From the NCBI GenBank assembly GCA_963850305.1, contig CAWKKR010000011.1, forward strand, positions 320,001 through 384,000: a stretch of DNA of 64,000 nt, read 5' to 3'. Positions 40,136 to 49,549 of this stretch are shown piece after piece; within the stretch, counting starts at the first letter, position 1, and each line of letters opens with the position of its first letter. The position numbers and the translations under genes were made by a program. Origin of the DNA: an uncultured delta proteobacterium (GTDB taxonomy: Bacteria > Myxococcota_A > Polyangia > Polyangiales > Polyangiaceae). The notes under the pieces were generated by a model. The model was given only the letters and a program-made list of their open reading frames with translations. It had not been told where the DNA came from and ran no database searches.

Positions 40136-41167
40136 GTGCGACTCGCCTCGCTCCGCCTGGTCGGTGTTCCTCCGTTCCGGGATGTGACCATCCCCTTCGG
40201 AAACGAGGACGGAACGGCGCGCGCCCTCACCGTCCTCTACGGCGGCGGTGGCGTCGGCAAAACCACCGTCCTTCACGCCATCGCGTGCACGCGCCCTGGT
40301 TACGCCGTCGTGCTCGGCGGGCAAAGCGCTCCCGATGCGTTCGTGGCGGCGGAGTGGCTCCTCGGCGCGGACGACCCGGATCGACCTCACCCACTCGGCA
40401 TCGCGACACCCACCGCGAGATTTGCCGTCGACGAACACGAGGAGATGTTGCGCCGGCGCCAGCAGGCTCATTTCGATCGCGTCGCGAAGGACGGCGGCTT
40501 CGTGGCCGTGACGATCCCGAGCACCCGCTGGTTCTCGCGTCAGCCCCTCGCGCTCAGCGCTCCCGCGCGCACGCTCGCGAAATACGACGTACGCGCTCCG
40601 GCAGTCCTCGAAGACGCGTCGCGCACCGATCTCACGCGCGAGACCAAGCAATCCCTCGCCTACGCTGCCATCACCGCGGCCCTGGCGCACGATCGAGCCT
40701 CGTCCTTCGCACGCCTGGGCGCGGCGATGACGCGCGTGGTGGACGCACTCGTGACGCTCGCCGGGTTCTCGTACGCCGGGATCGATCCGGCATCCTTCGA
40801 ACCGACCTTTCGCGCGGACGACGGCGCGCTCCTCCCGTTCGACGCGTTGCCCACACGCGCTCGACACCTCGTAGCGTTCGGGGCGATTCCGCTCAGGAAC
40901 TTGTGGGCCGCGTATCCGGAGACCGAGCCGCTCGAGCTCGAGGGCGTGGTGTGCATCGACGAAGTCGAGCTTCAGCAAGACGCCGTCGTACAGGCCCACC
41001 TGCTCGCGACCCTCCGTGAAGTGCTGCCGCGCGTGCAATGGATCGTCACCACGACATCGCCCATCGTCGCGTCGAGCGCCGACGCTCACGAGGTCCACGC
41101 CCTCCGCCGCCTGCCCCGTGCCGACAGCGTCGAATTGTTCTCGGGCCCCGAAGCCCGCACCCACTGA
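40136..41167 (+). CDS. ABC/SMC-type AAA ATPase with degenerate motifs
   Basis: Walker A GGGGVGKT, Walker B CIDE, 'QWIVTTTSP' in place of the usual TTHSP. Confidence 0.75.
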   Translation: MRLASLRLVGVPPFRDVTIPFGNEDGTARALTVLYGGGGVGKTTVLHAIACTRPGYAVVLGGQSAPDAFVAAEWLLGADDPDRPHPLGIATPTARFAVDEHEEMLRRRQQAHFDRVAKDGGFVAVTIPSTRWFSRQPLALSAPARTLAKYDVRAPAVLEDASRTDLTRETKQSLAYAAITAALAHDRASSFARLGAAMTRVVDALVTLAGFSYAGIDPASFEPTFRADDGALLPFDALPTRARHLVAFGAIPLRNLWAAYPETEPLELEGVVCIDEVELQQDAVVQAHLLATLREVLPRVQWIVTTTSPIVASSADAHEVHALRRLPRADSVELFSGPEARTH

Positions 41168-41253
41168 GCAGCGCCGCCTCGCGAGTGCGCCCTTGCGCAA
41201 GGGTCTGCGCGTCGCCGCGCCCACACCGACGAGTCCCGTTCACCTTGCCCGTC

Positions 41254-41294
41254 GAAAAAGACCGGCCGGGAGATGCCCGAGGCATTCCCGGCCG
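41254..41294 (-). terminator. Rho-independent terminator for the porin transcript
   Basis: Hairpin CGGCCGGGA-G-ATGCC-CGA-GGCAT-TCCCGGCCG followed on the minus strand by TCTTTTTC. Confidence 0.7.
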
Positions 41295-41311
41295 AAGCTA
41301 GCGCCAACCAA

Positions 41312-41434
41312 GCCAAGGCCCCATTGCGAAGACCGTGGGGTCAGCTCGGCGGGTGAGGCGCGCAGGCGTACGAATGTACGCCGAGCACCGAGAGCGCCGA
41401 GATGGCCCCACGCTCGAAGCAAGGGGTCCTTGGC
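41312..41434 (+). repeat. Structured palindromic intergenic element, copy 1
   Basis: Nested stems around GGCGTAC-GAAT-GTACGCC; the 95-nt core (41326-41420) aligns without gaps to the copies at 56728 and 56857. Confidence 0.85.
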
Positions 41435-41438
41435 AACG

Positions 41439-42746
41439 TCAGAACATGTAGGCGGCGCCTAGCGCGATCGTGTCCTGCGTGCTCTTGCCGTTGAAGATGT
41501 TCTTGTCGTCGGCTCCGCCTGCCGCCGTTCCGCTCAACGCGGCGTCGATGCGGAACTCCGCGCGGAGCTGGATGTTCTTCGTCGGCGTGTAAGCAGGCGT
41601 GATCGTAAAGTTCAGCATGCTCGCCTTGTCGAAGCCGGGATCGCCATTCGCTGCGAGGCGCGACCCGTGCGCGTCACCGAAGTATTCGATACGAGCGCCG
41701 AGTGCGAACGCGCCCATCGTGTAGACCGGCTGGAGCCCGAAGCCGTACCAGGAGTCGTCCTGCGGGTTCCCGTTGGCATCGGGTGCGCCCACCTTCGGCT
41801 CCGACCCGAAGATACCCTGGAAGTTCAGCGTGAGCGCATCGAGAACCACGGCGCCGGTCAAGTCGACCGTCAGGCGTTTGTCCTTGTCGTCATTGGTCTC
41901 CTCCGCTCCGTAGCTGCCGGAGATCTGCGCGTGGAACATGCTATTGGGCGCGACGTCCGCATTGAACAGGAACGTCTTCTGATTGTTGTTGTCATAGAGA
42001 CGATCCCAGCCATTCACGAGGCCGACGCCGATGTGTGCCATGCCCCCGCCGAGGGCGTAATTGATCTTCGCGCCGGTGTGGGTGAGCGGCTCGGCAAGGT
42101 TGAACAGGAAGCCGCGCGTGATGGTCGGGTTGAGTGGGCCGTCGATGACCTCGATGCCGTTCAGCGTGACGAACTTGCCGGCCTGGAACGTGAAATCGCC
42201 CGGCGTCCACTTCACGTATGCTTCGCGAACGTCCGCCGGAACCCCGCTCACGGGACCCGACTGGTTTCCGGCGTAATTGTAGTTGTCGAGCTCAGCATCG
42301 CTACCGAAGTCGAGCGAAACGAACGCGCTGGCTTCGGAGCTGAACGAGTGGCTCACGGCGAGATGCGCCGCATGGAGGAGGAATCCGCCTGGCGCATCGT
42401 ATGAACGGAGCGCCGCTCCCGTGTCGTAGCTGTTCTTGCTGATGTTGAGGTGGTAGCCGGCGTCGACGTACCCGGCGATGGTCGCCGTCGGTGCGGGGGC
42501 TTCCGCTGGCGGCGGGGGCGCCGCGGCGGCCGGTGCCGGAGCTGCGGCCGCGGGAGCGGGTTCCGGCGCCGCAGCCGGCGCTGCCGGTGCGGGTTCCGGC
42601 GCGGCCGCGGGCGCTGCGGCAGGAGCGGGTTCCGGCGCTGCTGCTGGCGCGGCAGCAGGCGCCGTGGCCTGGGCGAACGCACTGATGGGATAAATGACGC
42701 CGGCGATCGCCAGCGAAAGCCCTAGTCTCATGCTCGTTGCTTTCAT
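41439..42746 (-). CDS. Outer-membrane beta-barrel porin (DUF1597/BBP2-like) with Pro/Ala-rich linker
   Basis: Signal peptide (AFA-Q), 'GYVDAGY', 'AGKFVT..G.EVI', 'NGWD', 'RAEFRID', terminal Phe. Confidence 0.8.
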   Translation of the reverse strand: MKATSMRLGLSLAIAGVIYPISAFAQATAPAAAPAAAPEPAPAAAPAAAPEPAPAAPAAAPEPAPAAAAPAPAAAAPPPPAEAPAPTATIAGYVDAGYHLNISKNSYDTGAALRSYDAPGGFLLHAAHLAVSHSFSSEASAFVSLDFGSDAELDNYNYAGNQSGPVSGVPADVREAYVKWTPGDFTFQAGKFVTLNGIEVIDGPLNPTITRGFLFNLAEPLTHTGAKINYALGGGMAHIGVGLVNGWDRLYDNNNQKTFLFNADVAPNSMFHAQISGSYGAEETNDDKDKRLTVDLTGAVVLDALTLNFQGIFGSEPKVGAPDANGNPQDDSWYGFGLQPVYTMGAFALGARIEYFGDAHGSRLAANGDPGFDKASMLNFTITPAYTPTKNIQLRAEFRIDAALSGTAAGGADDKNIFNGKSTQDTIALGAAYMF

Positions 42747-43105
42747 GATTTGGTTCACTCCTACGCGCCTGCGAACATTTTTCGCGGGTATTTTTGAAAT
42801 GCGAATCGCTCGCGCAACCGGAGTGTGCGCATGCCATGTTTCTCGAGCGTTTCGCAAGTGCAACGTATGCGGGCAGCCGTTGAATCGTACGACGGCATTG
42901 CGTTGAGAGCGGACGCTACTCGAAACCGTTCTCGCGGAGTCGCGGTGACAATGCGCGCCAAGTCGCTCGTTTTTGGCTCGATTCGCGATTCTGGGGCGCT
43001 GTCGATGGCGAACGGCGCCGAACCGCGAAGGACCTTACACAACGCGCCCGGCAACCGTGCTTGCCGAACCTCAGCCGACCCCAGCGGTGGTCGCACACGA
43101 AGGAG

Positions 43106-44903
43106 TCACTTCGTCGTCACGGCCGCGCGATAGCGCCGCCATCCGCCGAAGTGGGTGATGTCCATCGCATCCCGCAGCGCGTGCGGTTCACATACGAAGC
43201 CACTCACGCGCATTCCGTCCTCCAGCAAGACGGTTCCGATCGCCAGCGGCGCCGGTACTTCGTCGACGAAGCTTCCGAACGCGGCTTCGTCGAGCGACCA
43301 CACCTCGACTTCGATCCCCGCTCCGACGAAGTCCGGATCGTAGACCAGGCCTGGCTTCGGCGGCTCCGTGCGCAGCGCGTAAAATCGGTAGTGCTCCGAG
43401 GTACGACACGAGCGAACGAGGTGCCCACGGCGGCTCGTGAGCTGGTGATTGAGCGGCTCCCCCGCGAGGTGCGCGCCCGCGACCGCGATGAGGAGATCAC
43501 CGTCGCGACCGGACGGCACTTCCGCACCGAGAACGGGCTCGTCCGTGATGCCGACATTTCCGCCGTAGCTCGCGTGAAGGCGTGACGCCAGGAGCGCGAG
43601 GTCCCGATCCGCGAACGCAGGGGCGACGAGCGTAACGCCGGATGGAAGACCGTCGGGACGAAGTCCCGCGGGGATCGCGATGGCGGACAGATCCATCAGG
43701 TTGACGAAGTTCGTGTAATGGCCGAGTCGCGTGTTGCACTCGACGGGAGCGTGCTCCACGTCGACGACCGTGTACGTCGTCGGCACGGTCGGGACGAGCA
43801 GGACATCCATCTTCTTCCACTCGGCTTCCGCGCGACGAAGAGCGTCGGCGAGCCGGTACATGCCTTCGAACACGTCCCTCGCAGAGAAACCGCGCGCGCC
43901 CTCGAGAATCGTGCGAACGATCGGCTGGATCGCGCCGGGCTCCTTCTCGAGCAGCGCACCCGCCGCGAAGAGCCGCTCGGCGACCCACGGTCCGCCGTAG
44001 AGCAAGCCGGCTGCGTCACGAAACGGCGCGAAGTCGATCTCGACGGACACGGCGCCGAGTGCCTCGACCTGACGCACGGCTCGTTCGTAGAGCTGCGCCG
44101 CGGCGGCATCGCCGAAGAACTCGAGATCCGAATGCCGCGGGACGCCGACGCGCAGCGGTTCGGAAAAGCGAATCTCTCGCGCGCGATTCTCGTCCCGCGA
44201 GTAACGATCTTCGACGTCGAAAGCCGACACGACGTCGAGGACGGTTCGAGCGTCCGCGACGCTGCCGGCGAAGATCGACACGACGTCCAGCGACCGGCAC
44301 GCGGGCACGACGCCGCGCGTGCTGACGAGGCCGCGCGTCGGTTTGAGACCGACGACGTTGTTGAGAGCCGCGGGAACCCGACCGGAGCCTGCCGTGTCCG
44401 TGCCGAGCGCGAATGACGTGAGACCGTGCGCAACGGCGAGCGCGGAACCCGAGCTCGAACCGCCGGAGATGTACCGCGGATCGAATGCGCTCCGGCAAAT
44501 GCCGTACGGCGAGCGTACGCCCACCAGCCCGGTGGCAAACTGGTCGAGGTTCGTTTTGCCGAGCACGATCGCGCCCGCCGCGACCAGCCGCTCGACGGAC
44601 GCCGCGGAGCGTGCTGGCACGTACTCGAACGCCGGGCACCCCGCGGTCGTCGGGAGACCGGCGACGTCGATGTTGTCCTTCACGGCGAAGGGCACGCCGA
44701 AGAGCGGCAAGGACTCGCCCTTCGCTCTTCGTGCTCCCGCCGTGGCGAGCTGCTCCAGGAGCGCGTCGAGCGACAGGCGATGAATCCGAGATCTCCCGCG
44801 GCGCGTGGTCGGCACGACGGTGCACCTCGGCCAGCACGTCTCGCGCGGTGCTCGGTTGCGCGGCGTACCGCGCGCGCAGCGTTGCCAGCTGAAGTCGAAC
44901 CAT
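43106..44903 (-). CDS. atzF: Allophanate hydrolase; +1 frameshift near 44788
   Basis: 'KDNID', 'GKTNLDQFATGLVG', 'GGSSSGS', 'GTDTAGSGR', C-domain 'GAHLAGEPLNHQL'; N-terminus MVRLQLATL in the adjacent frame. Confidence 0.9.
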
Positions 44904-44911
44904 CTCTGCGA

Positions 44912-45262
44912 TCAGAAGCGCACCGGCCGTTCCCAGATTACCAGTACCACGCAACCGGAGGGGCTCGTTACATCGTGATGAGAGCCGGGCGCGTTGATGA
45001 TCAACGTCCCCGGACCGTACGTGCCGCGTTCGTCGCGCTGTTCGCCCTCGAGCACGAAGATGTGCTCGTAGCCGGTGTGTTCGTGTCGAGGCAGACTGGC
45101 GCCCGGTGCGTAGCGGAGGACGGCAGCGGCGGCAGCGGCACCGGGGGTGCCGTAAATCGGCTTGAGCTCCACGCCAGGACGGAATGGCTGGAATTCTCCG
45201 TGCGAGCGAGCGAGGGCCGAAAGCACGAAGACCCGGGAGGAGGGTTCGTTCGGGCTCAGCAT
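44912..45262 (-). CDS. ChrR-like cupin domain protein
   Basis: 'PGASLPRHEHTGYEHIFVLEG...PGSHH'. Confidence 0.8.
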   Translation of the reverse strand: MLSPNEPSSRVFVLSALARSHGEFQPFRPGVELKPIYGTPGAAAAAAVLRYAPGASLPRHEHTGYEHIFVLEGEQRDERGTYGPGTLIINAPGSHHDVTSPSGCVVLVIWERPVRF

Positions 45263-45287
45263 CGACGAAGGCTGAAGACGGTCAAAC

Positions 45288-46829
45288 TCACTCGTGGCCT
45301 GCCATGTGCTGCCCGATCACGGTGAGATCCGCGCTCGCGGCCTCGGTTTCATAGACGATCCGGCCCTCGCTCATCACGAGAATTCGATCGGCGAGGGCGA
45401 AGATCTCGTCGAGATCGGCGCTGACGAGCAGCACGGCCGCTCCGGAGTTGCGCGCCTGAAGGATGCGCGAGCGAATCTCCGCGACGGCCGCGAAGTCCAG
45501 CCCGAAGCAAGGGTTCGCGGCGATGAGGAGGGCTACCTCGCCATCGAGCTCGCGCGCGAGCACGGCGCGCTGAACGTTACCGCCGGAGAGCGTCGAGATC
45601 GGCACGTCCGGCGACGGGGTCCGGATGTTGAAGCTTGCGATCGCACCGAGCGCGGCACTCCGTAGCGCCTTGCGATCGAGACCCCAGCGCGCCACGGTGA
45701 ACGGCGCGGTGTCATACACGCGAAGCCCGATATTCTCGGACACCGCCATCTGCGGCACGCAAGCGTTCCGGAGCGGCGCTTCCGGCAAGAGCCGCACCTT
45801 GGAGGTACGAATCTCCCGGCGGGTTGCCGTGTAGTCCTTGCCCGCCACCCGAAGGTGGCCGGAGATCGACGGACGCTGTCCCGCCAGCACCTCGATGAGC
45901 TCGTCCTGGCCGTTCCCCGAGACGCCGGCGATGCCGACGATTTCACCGCGGCGGACGCTCAATTCGATGCCGTTCAGCACGGGTACGCCGATGTCGTCGA
46001 GCGCGTGCAGATCTCCGACGGTCAGCACCGCTTCTCCCGGCGGGGCCGACGACCGCTCCGCGGACGCCTTGGGCGGCTCGGAACCGACCATCATCTCCGC
46101 CATCTGGGCGGGCGTCAGATCCGCGACGCGACCGCGGCCGACGACGGCGCCGCGCCGGAGCACCGTGACTTCGTCCGCGAAGCCGATCACTTCACGGAAC
46201 TTGTGCGTGATCATGAGCACACTGATCCGCTTCTCCGACGCCATCCGGCGGAGTAACCCGAGAACCTCGTCTGCTTCGGAAGGCGTCAGCACGCTGGTCG
46301 GCTCGTCGAGGATGACGATGCGGCTCTCGAGGTAGAGCTGCTTCAAGATCTCGAGTTTTTGCTTTTCGCCCGCCGCGAGCTGGCGCACGAGCCGGCGCGG
46401 GTCGATCTTGAATGGCATCGTCGACATGAAGGTGTCGATGTGCCGGTGTTCGCTCGCCCAATCGATGATTCTCGGGAGCTCCGCTCGCGAGAGAACGAGG
46501 TTCTCCGCGACGGACATGTTCTCGACGAGCGTGAAGTGCTGGTACACCATCCCGATCGCATGCCGCTGCGCGTCCTTCGGGCTGTTCAGCTCGATGGTCT
46601 TGCCCCCCACGCGGATGCTCCCTCCATCCGCGTGGTAGAAGCCCATGATGCATTTGACCAGCGTGCTCTTGCCCGCTCCGTTTTCGCCGAGCAGGGCGTG
46701 AACACTGCCCGGTTCCAGTCGCAGGTTCGCGCGATCGAGAACGGTGATTCCACCGAACTGCTTGGTCACGTCCTCCGCTTCGAGGAGCGGCGGCGGAGTC
46801 GGGACGGCGACCGCGAGCGCAGCGCTCAT
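45288..46829 (-). CDS. ABC transporter ATP-binding protein (two NBDs, CUT2/nucleoside type)
   Basis: 'GENGAGKST', 'LDEPT', 'LSGGNVQR'; ATG at 46829 overlaps the biuH stop. Confidence 0.92.
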   Translation of the reverse strand: MSAALAVAVPTPPPLLEAEDVTKQFGGITVLDRANLRLEPGSVHALLGENGAGKSTLVKCIMGFYHADGGSIRVGGKTIELNSPKDAQRHAIGMVYQHFTLVENMSVAENLVLSRAELPRIIDWASEHRHIDTFMSTMPFKIDPRRLVRQLAAGEKQKLEILKQLYLESRIVILDEPTSVLTPSEADEVLGLLRRMASEKRISVLMITHKFREVIGFADEVTVLRRGAVVGRGRVADLTPAQMAEMMVGSEPPKASAERSSAPPGEAVLTVGDLHALDDIGVPVLNGIELSVRRGEIVGIAGVSGNGQDELIEVLAGQRPSISGHLRVAGKDYTATRREIRTSKVRLLPEAPLRNACVPQMAVSENIGLRVYDTAPFTVARWGLDRKALRSAALGAIASFNIRTPSPDVPISTLSGGNVQRAVLARELDGEVALLIAANPCFGLDFAAVAEIRSRILQARNSGAAVLLVSADLDEIFALADRILVMSEGRIVYETEAASADLTVIGQHMAGHE

Positions 46830-47524
46830 CGCACGGCCTCGAGCAGCGCGGTCGATGTGGAGACGGCTCCGAAGACGCCGTTTTGCATCGTGACCATCTT
46901 CAGCGCCGCCGCGTGGTTGCCCGTATCCGTCGCCGCGCAGCAATCGGACAGGATCACGCACTCGTAGCCGCGATCGTTCGCGTCGCGCATCGTCGTGTGG
47001 ACGCAGACGTCGGTCGTGATGCCCGTGAGCACGACGTTCCGGACGCCGCGCAGGCGCAAGATCATGTCGAGATCCGTCGCATAGAACGATCCCTTGCCGG
47101 GCTTGTCGATGATGGGTTCTCCATCCCTCGGATAGAGCTCCGGAATGATGTCCCACCCCGGCTCACCGCGGACGAGCACGCGCCCGCACGGACCCGGGTC
47201 CCCGATGCCGGTCTGCGGCGGTCCTTCCGCACCGTCTCGACGGCGCGAACGCCACCTCTTGTTCGCCGGAAGATCCGCGAGGTCGGGCCTGTGCCCTTCA
47301 CGGGTATGAATGACGTGGAACTTCTTCTCGCGCATCGCCGCGAGGAGCCGCGAAATGGGCTCTATGCAAGCGCGGGTGATGGAGATGTCGTAGCCGAGCA
47401 GATCGATGTAGCCGCCCTTGCCGCAAAAATCGGTCTGCATGTCGATGACGACGAGCGCCGTGTTCTGAGGGCGAAGGTCGCCGTCGAAGGGCCAGGGGTA
47501 AGGGTTTGCAGCGACGAACGTCAC
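46826..47524 (-). CDS. biuH: Biuret hydrolase (cysteine hydrolase/isochorismatase family)
   Basis: 'PYPWP', 'IDMQTDFCGKGGY', 'REGHRPDLADLPANKRWRS', 'DKPGKGSF', 'ITTDVC', 'MQNGVFG' closely match Rhizobium BiuH as recalled; Asp-Lys-Cys triad intact; next to atzF. Confidence 0.88.
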   Translation of the reverse strand: MTFVAANPYPWPFDGDLRPQNTALVVIDMQTDFCGKGGYIDLLGYDISITRACIEPISRLLAAMREKKFHVIHTREGHRPDLADLPANKRWRSRRRDGAEGPPQTGIGDPGPCGRVLVRGEPGWDIIPELYPRDGEPIIDKPGKGSFYATDLDMILRLRGVRNVVLTGITTDVCVHTTMRDANDRGYECVILSDCCAATDTGNHAAALKMVTMQNGVFGAVSTSTALLEAVR

Positions 47525-47540
47525 GACATCTGTCCTTTCG

Positions 47541-48467
47541 TCACCGACCCACCGCGAGCTCGGCCGGCATGTCCGCGGACGTTTGCGTCGCGGAGCTGCT
47601 CATCAACATGATCACGAGCGTCAACACGTACGGGGCCGCGTTGAACAGGTAATATCCGGACGTGATCCCGACGGACTGGAGCGCGGGTCCGAGGGCGCTC
47701 GCGCCGCCGAACAGGAGGGAGGCGTACAGGCAGCGTATCGGATCCCACCGAGCGAAGATGACCAGTGCGACGGCCATGAGCCCCTGGCCGCTCGAGAGCC
47801 GTTCGTTCCAGCTCCCGGGATAGAAGAGGGACAGAAACGAGCCGCCGACGCCGGCGAAGAATCCGCCGGCCATGGTGGCGTACAGACGCACGCGATTCAC
47901 GTCGTATCCCATCGCGCGAGCCGCTTCCGCGCTCTCACCGACGATGCGAAGGATCAAACCCCACCGCGTCTTCTTGAAGAACCAGAGCATCGCGGGAGCG
48001 AGCACGAGCCCGACGATGAAGAGACCATTCACATCGAGCGCCGAACGCACTTGCTCGTCTTTCGCCCAGAACCCGAACGGAACGGCACCGAGGTGCGGCG
48101 CAACCGGCTGGATGAACGGCTTCCCGAGGTAAAACGCGAGACCGACCCCGAGTAGCATCATGGCGATGCCGAGGGCGATGTCGTTCACGCGCGGCTTCGA
48201 CGCCAGGTAGCCGTGGAGCGCGCCGAACGGCACGCCGAGGAGCCCTGCCGCGAGCACGCCCAGCCAGGGCGATCCGGTCTCGTACGCGACGCCGTACGCT
48301 CCCATGGCTCCCATGACGAGCGTGCCTTCGAGCCCGAGGTTGATACGCCCGCTCTTTTCGGTGAGGCATTCGCCGAGACTCACGAAGAGGAACGGCGTGC
48401 TGATGCGGATCGCGCCGCCCAGAATCCCGAGCGGGACGCCCCACCAGCCCAGTGAGGTCGCGTCCAT
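47541..48467 (-). CDS. ABC transporter permease
   Basis: Multi-TM; 'EKSGRINLGLEG', 'GQGLMAVALV', 'APYVLT'. Confidence 0.9.
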   Translation of the reverse strand: MDATSLGWWGVPLGILGGAIRISTPFLFVSLGECLTEKSGRINLGLEGTLVMGAMGAYGVAYETGSPWLGVLAAGLLGVPFGALHGYLASKPRVNDIALGIAMMLLGVGLAFYLGKPFIQPVAPHLGAVPFGFWAKDEQVRSALDVNGLFIVGLVLAPAMLWFFKKTRWGLILRIVGESAEAARAMGYDVNRVRLYATMAGGFFAGVGGSFLSLFYPGSWNERLSSGQGLMAVALVIFARWDPIRCLYASLLFGGASALGPALQSVGITSGYYLFNAAPYVLTLVIMLMSSSATQTSADMPAELAVGR

Positions 48468-49549
48468 CACACCACCGCGAGCTTCTTGGCGGGCTCCGTT
48501 TCGACGGCGGCCCGCGGCTTGAAGACGGCCAGCTTGCCGTAAAGCGACTCGCTCGCGAGGATCATCACGAACAGGATTCCCTGGAGCACGCCCACCGTCG
48601 CGTCGGGCAGATCGAACACGCGCTGGAGCAAACCGCCGCTCGCGTTGATGCCTCCGAGCAAGAGCGATACCGGAATGATGGCGAGCGGGTTCTGCCGCGC
48701 CAGGAATGCAACGAGGATCCCCGCATAACCGTAGCCCGCGACGAGCGAGGCGTTCGCGCAGCCATGAACGGCCGCCACCTCCACCATTCCCGCGACCCCC
48801 GCGGCTCCGCCCCCGAGGAAACACGCGATCAAGATGAGCCGGCCGACGTGGAGCCCGGCGAGACGCGCCGCGCGTAGATTACCGCCGACGATCGACGCCG
48901 AGAACCCGAATACCGTGCGCATCATGAGCACGTACGCGACGACACACGCGATGAGCCCGAACCCCAGGCCCCAATGCACTTCCATCCCCGGCATCGAGCC
49001 GAGTGCGTAGGCGTCCGCGATGTGACGCGTCGAGGGCTTGTTCAAGCTCGACGGGTCGCGCAACGGACCTTCCACGAAGTGATTCAACAGTGCGATCGCG
49101 ATGTACGTGAGGAGCAGACTGCTGATGGTCTCGTTGACACCGCGGTAAACCCGCATCGCGCCCGCGAGACCGATCCACACGCCGCCCGCGACGAAACCCG
49201 CGAGCATCATCAACGCCAGAGCCGTCACGGGAGAGACACCGTTGACCGCGACGCCGACCCACGCGGCGGCGAGCCCGCCCAGGACGAGCGCCCCTTCGCC
49301 GCCGATGATGACGAGGCCGAGCCGGGCCGGAAGTGCCGTGCAGAGCGCCGCGAGCATCAGCGGGGCGGCGCGCAGGAGCGTGTTCTGGATCGAGAACCAC
49401 GTCCCGAACGCGCCGCGGTACATCTCGTAATAGACCGAGAACGGATCTTTCCCGGCGATACCGACGAACGCGCCGAACAGCAGGAGCGTCGCGACGAGAG
49501 CGCCGAGCGGGATCGCAATCGGCTCGATCTTCGCCCGTCCGAAACGCAT
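48467..49549 (-). CDS. ABC transporter permease
   Basis: Multi-TM; 'IGGEG', 'VNETISSLLL', 'GYGYAGILVA'. Confidence 0.9.
   Translation of the reverse strand: MRFGRAKIEPIAIPLGALVATLLLFGAFVGIAGKDPFSVYYEMYRGAFGTWFSIQNTLLRAAPLMLAALCTALPARLGLVIIGGEGALVLGGLAAAWVGVAVNGVSPVTALALMMLAGFVAGGVWIGLAGAMRVYRGVNETISSLLLTYIAIALLNHFVEGPLRDPSSLNKPSTRHIADAYALGSMPGMEVHWGLGFGLIACVVAYVLMMRTVFGFSASIVGGNLRAARLAGLHVGRLILIACFLGGGAAGVAGMVEVAAVHGCANASLVAGYGYAGILVAFLARQNPLAIIPVSLLLGGINASGGLLQRVFDLPDATVGVLQGILFVMILASESLYGKLAVFKPRAAVETEPAKKLAVV

Noticed and set aside
42747..43105. Sigma54 promoter for the DUF1597-like porin
   Set aside because: Several TGGC...TTGC-like strings but none with exact GG-N10-GC spacing
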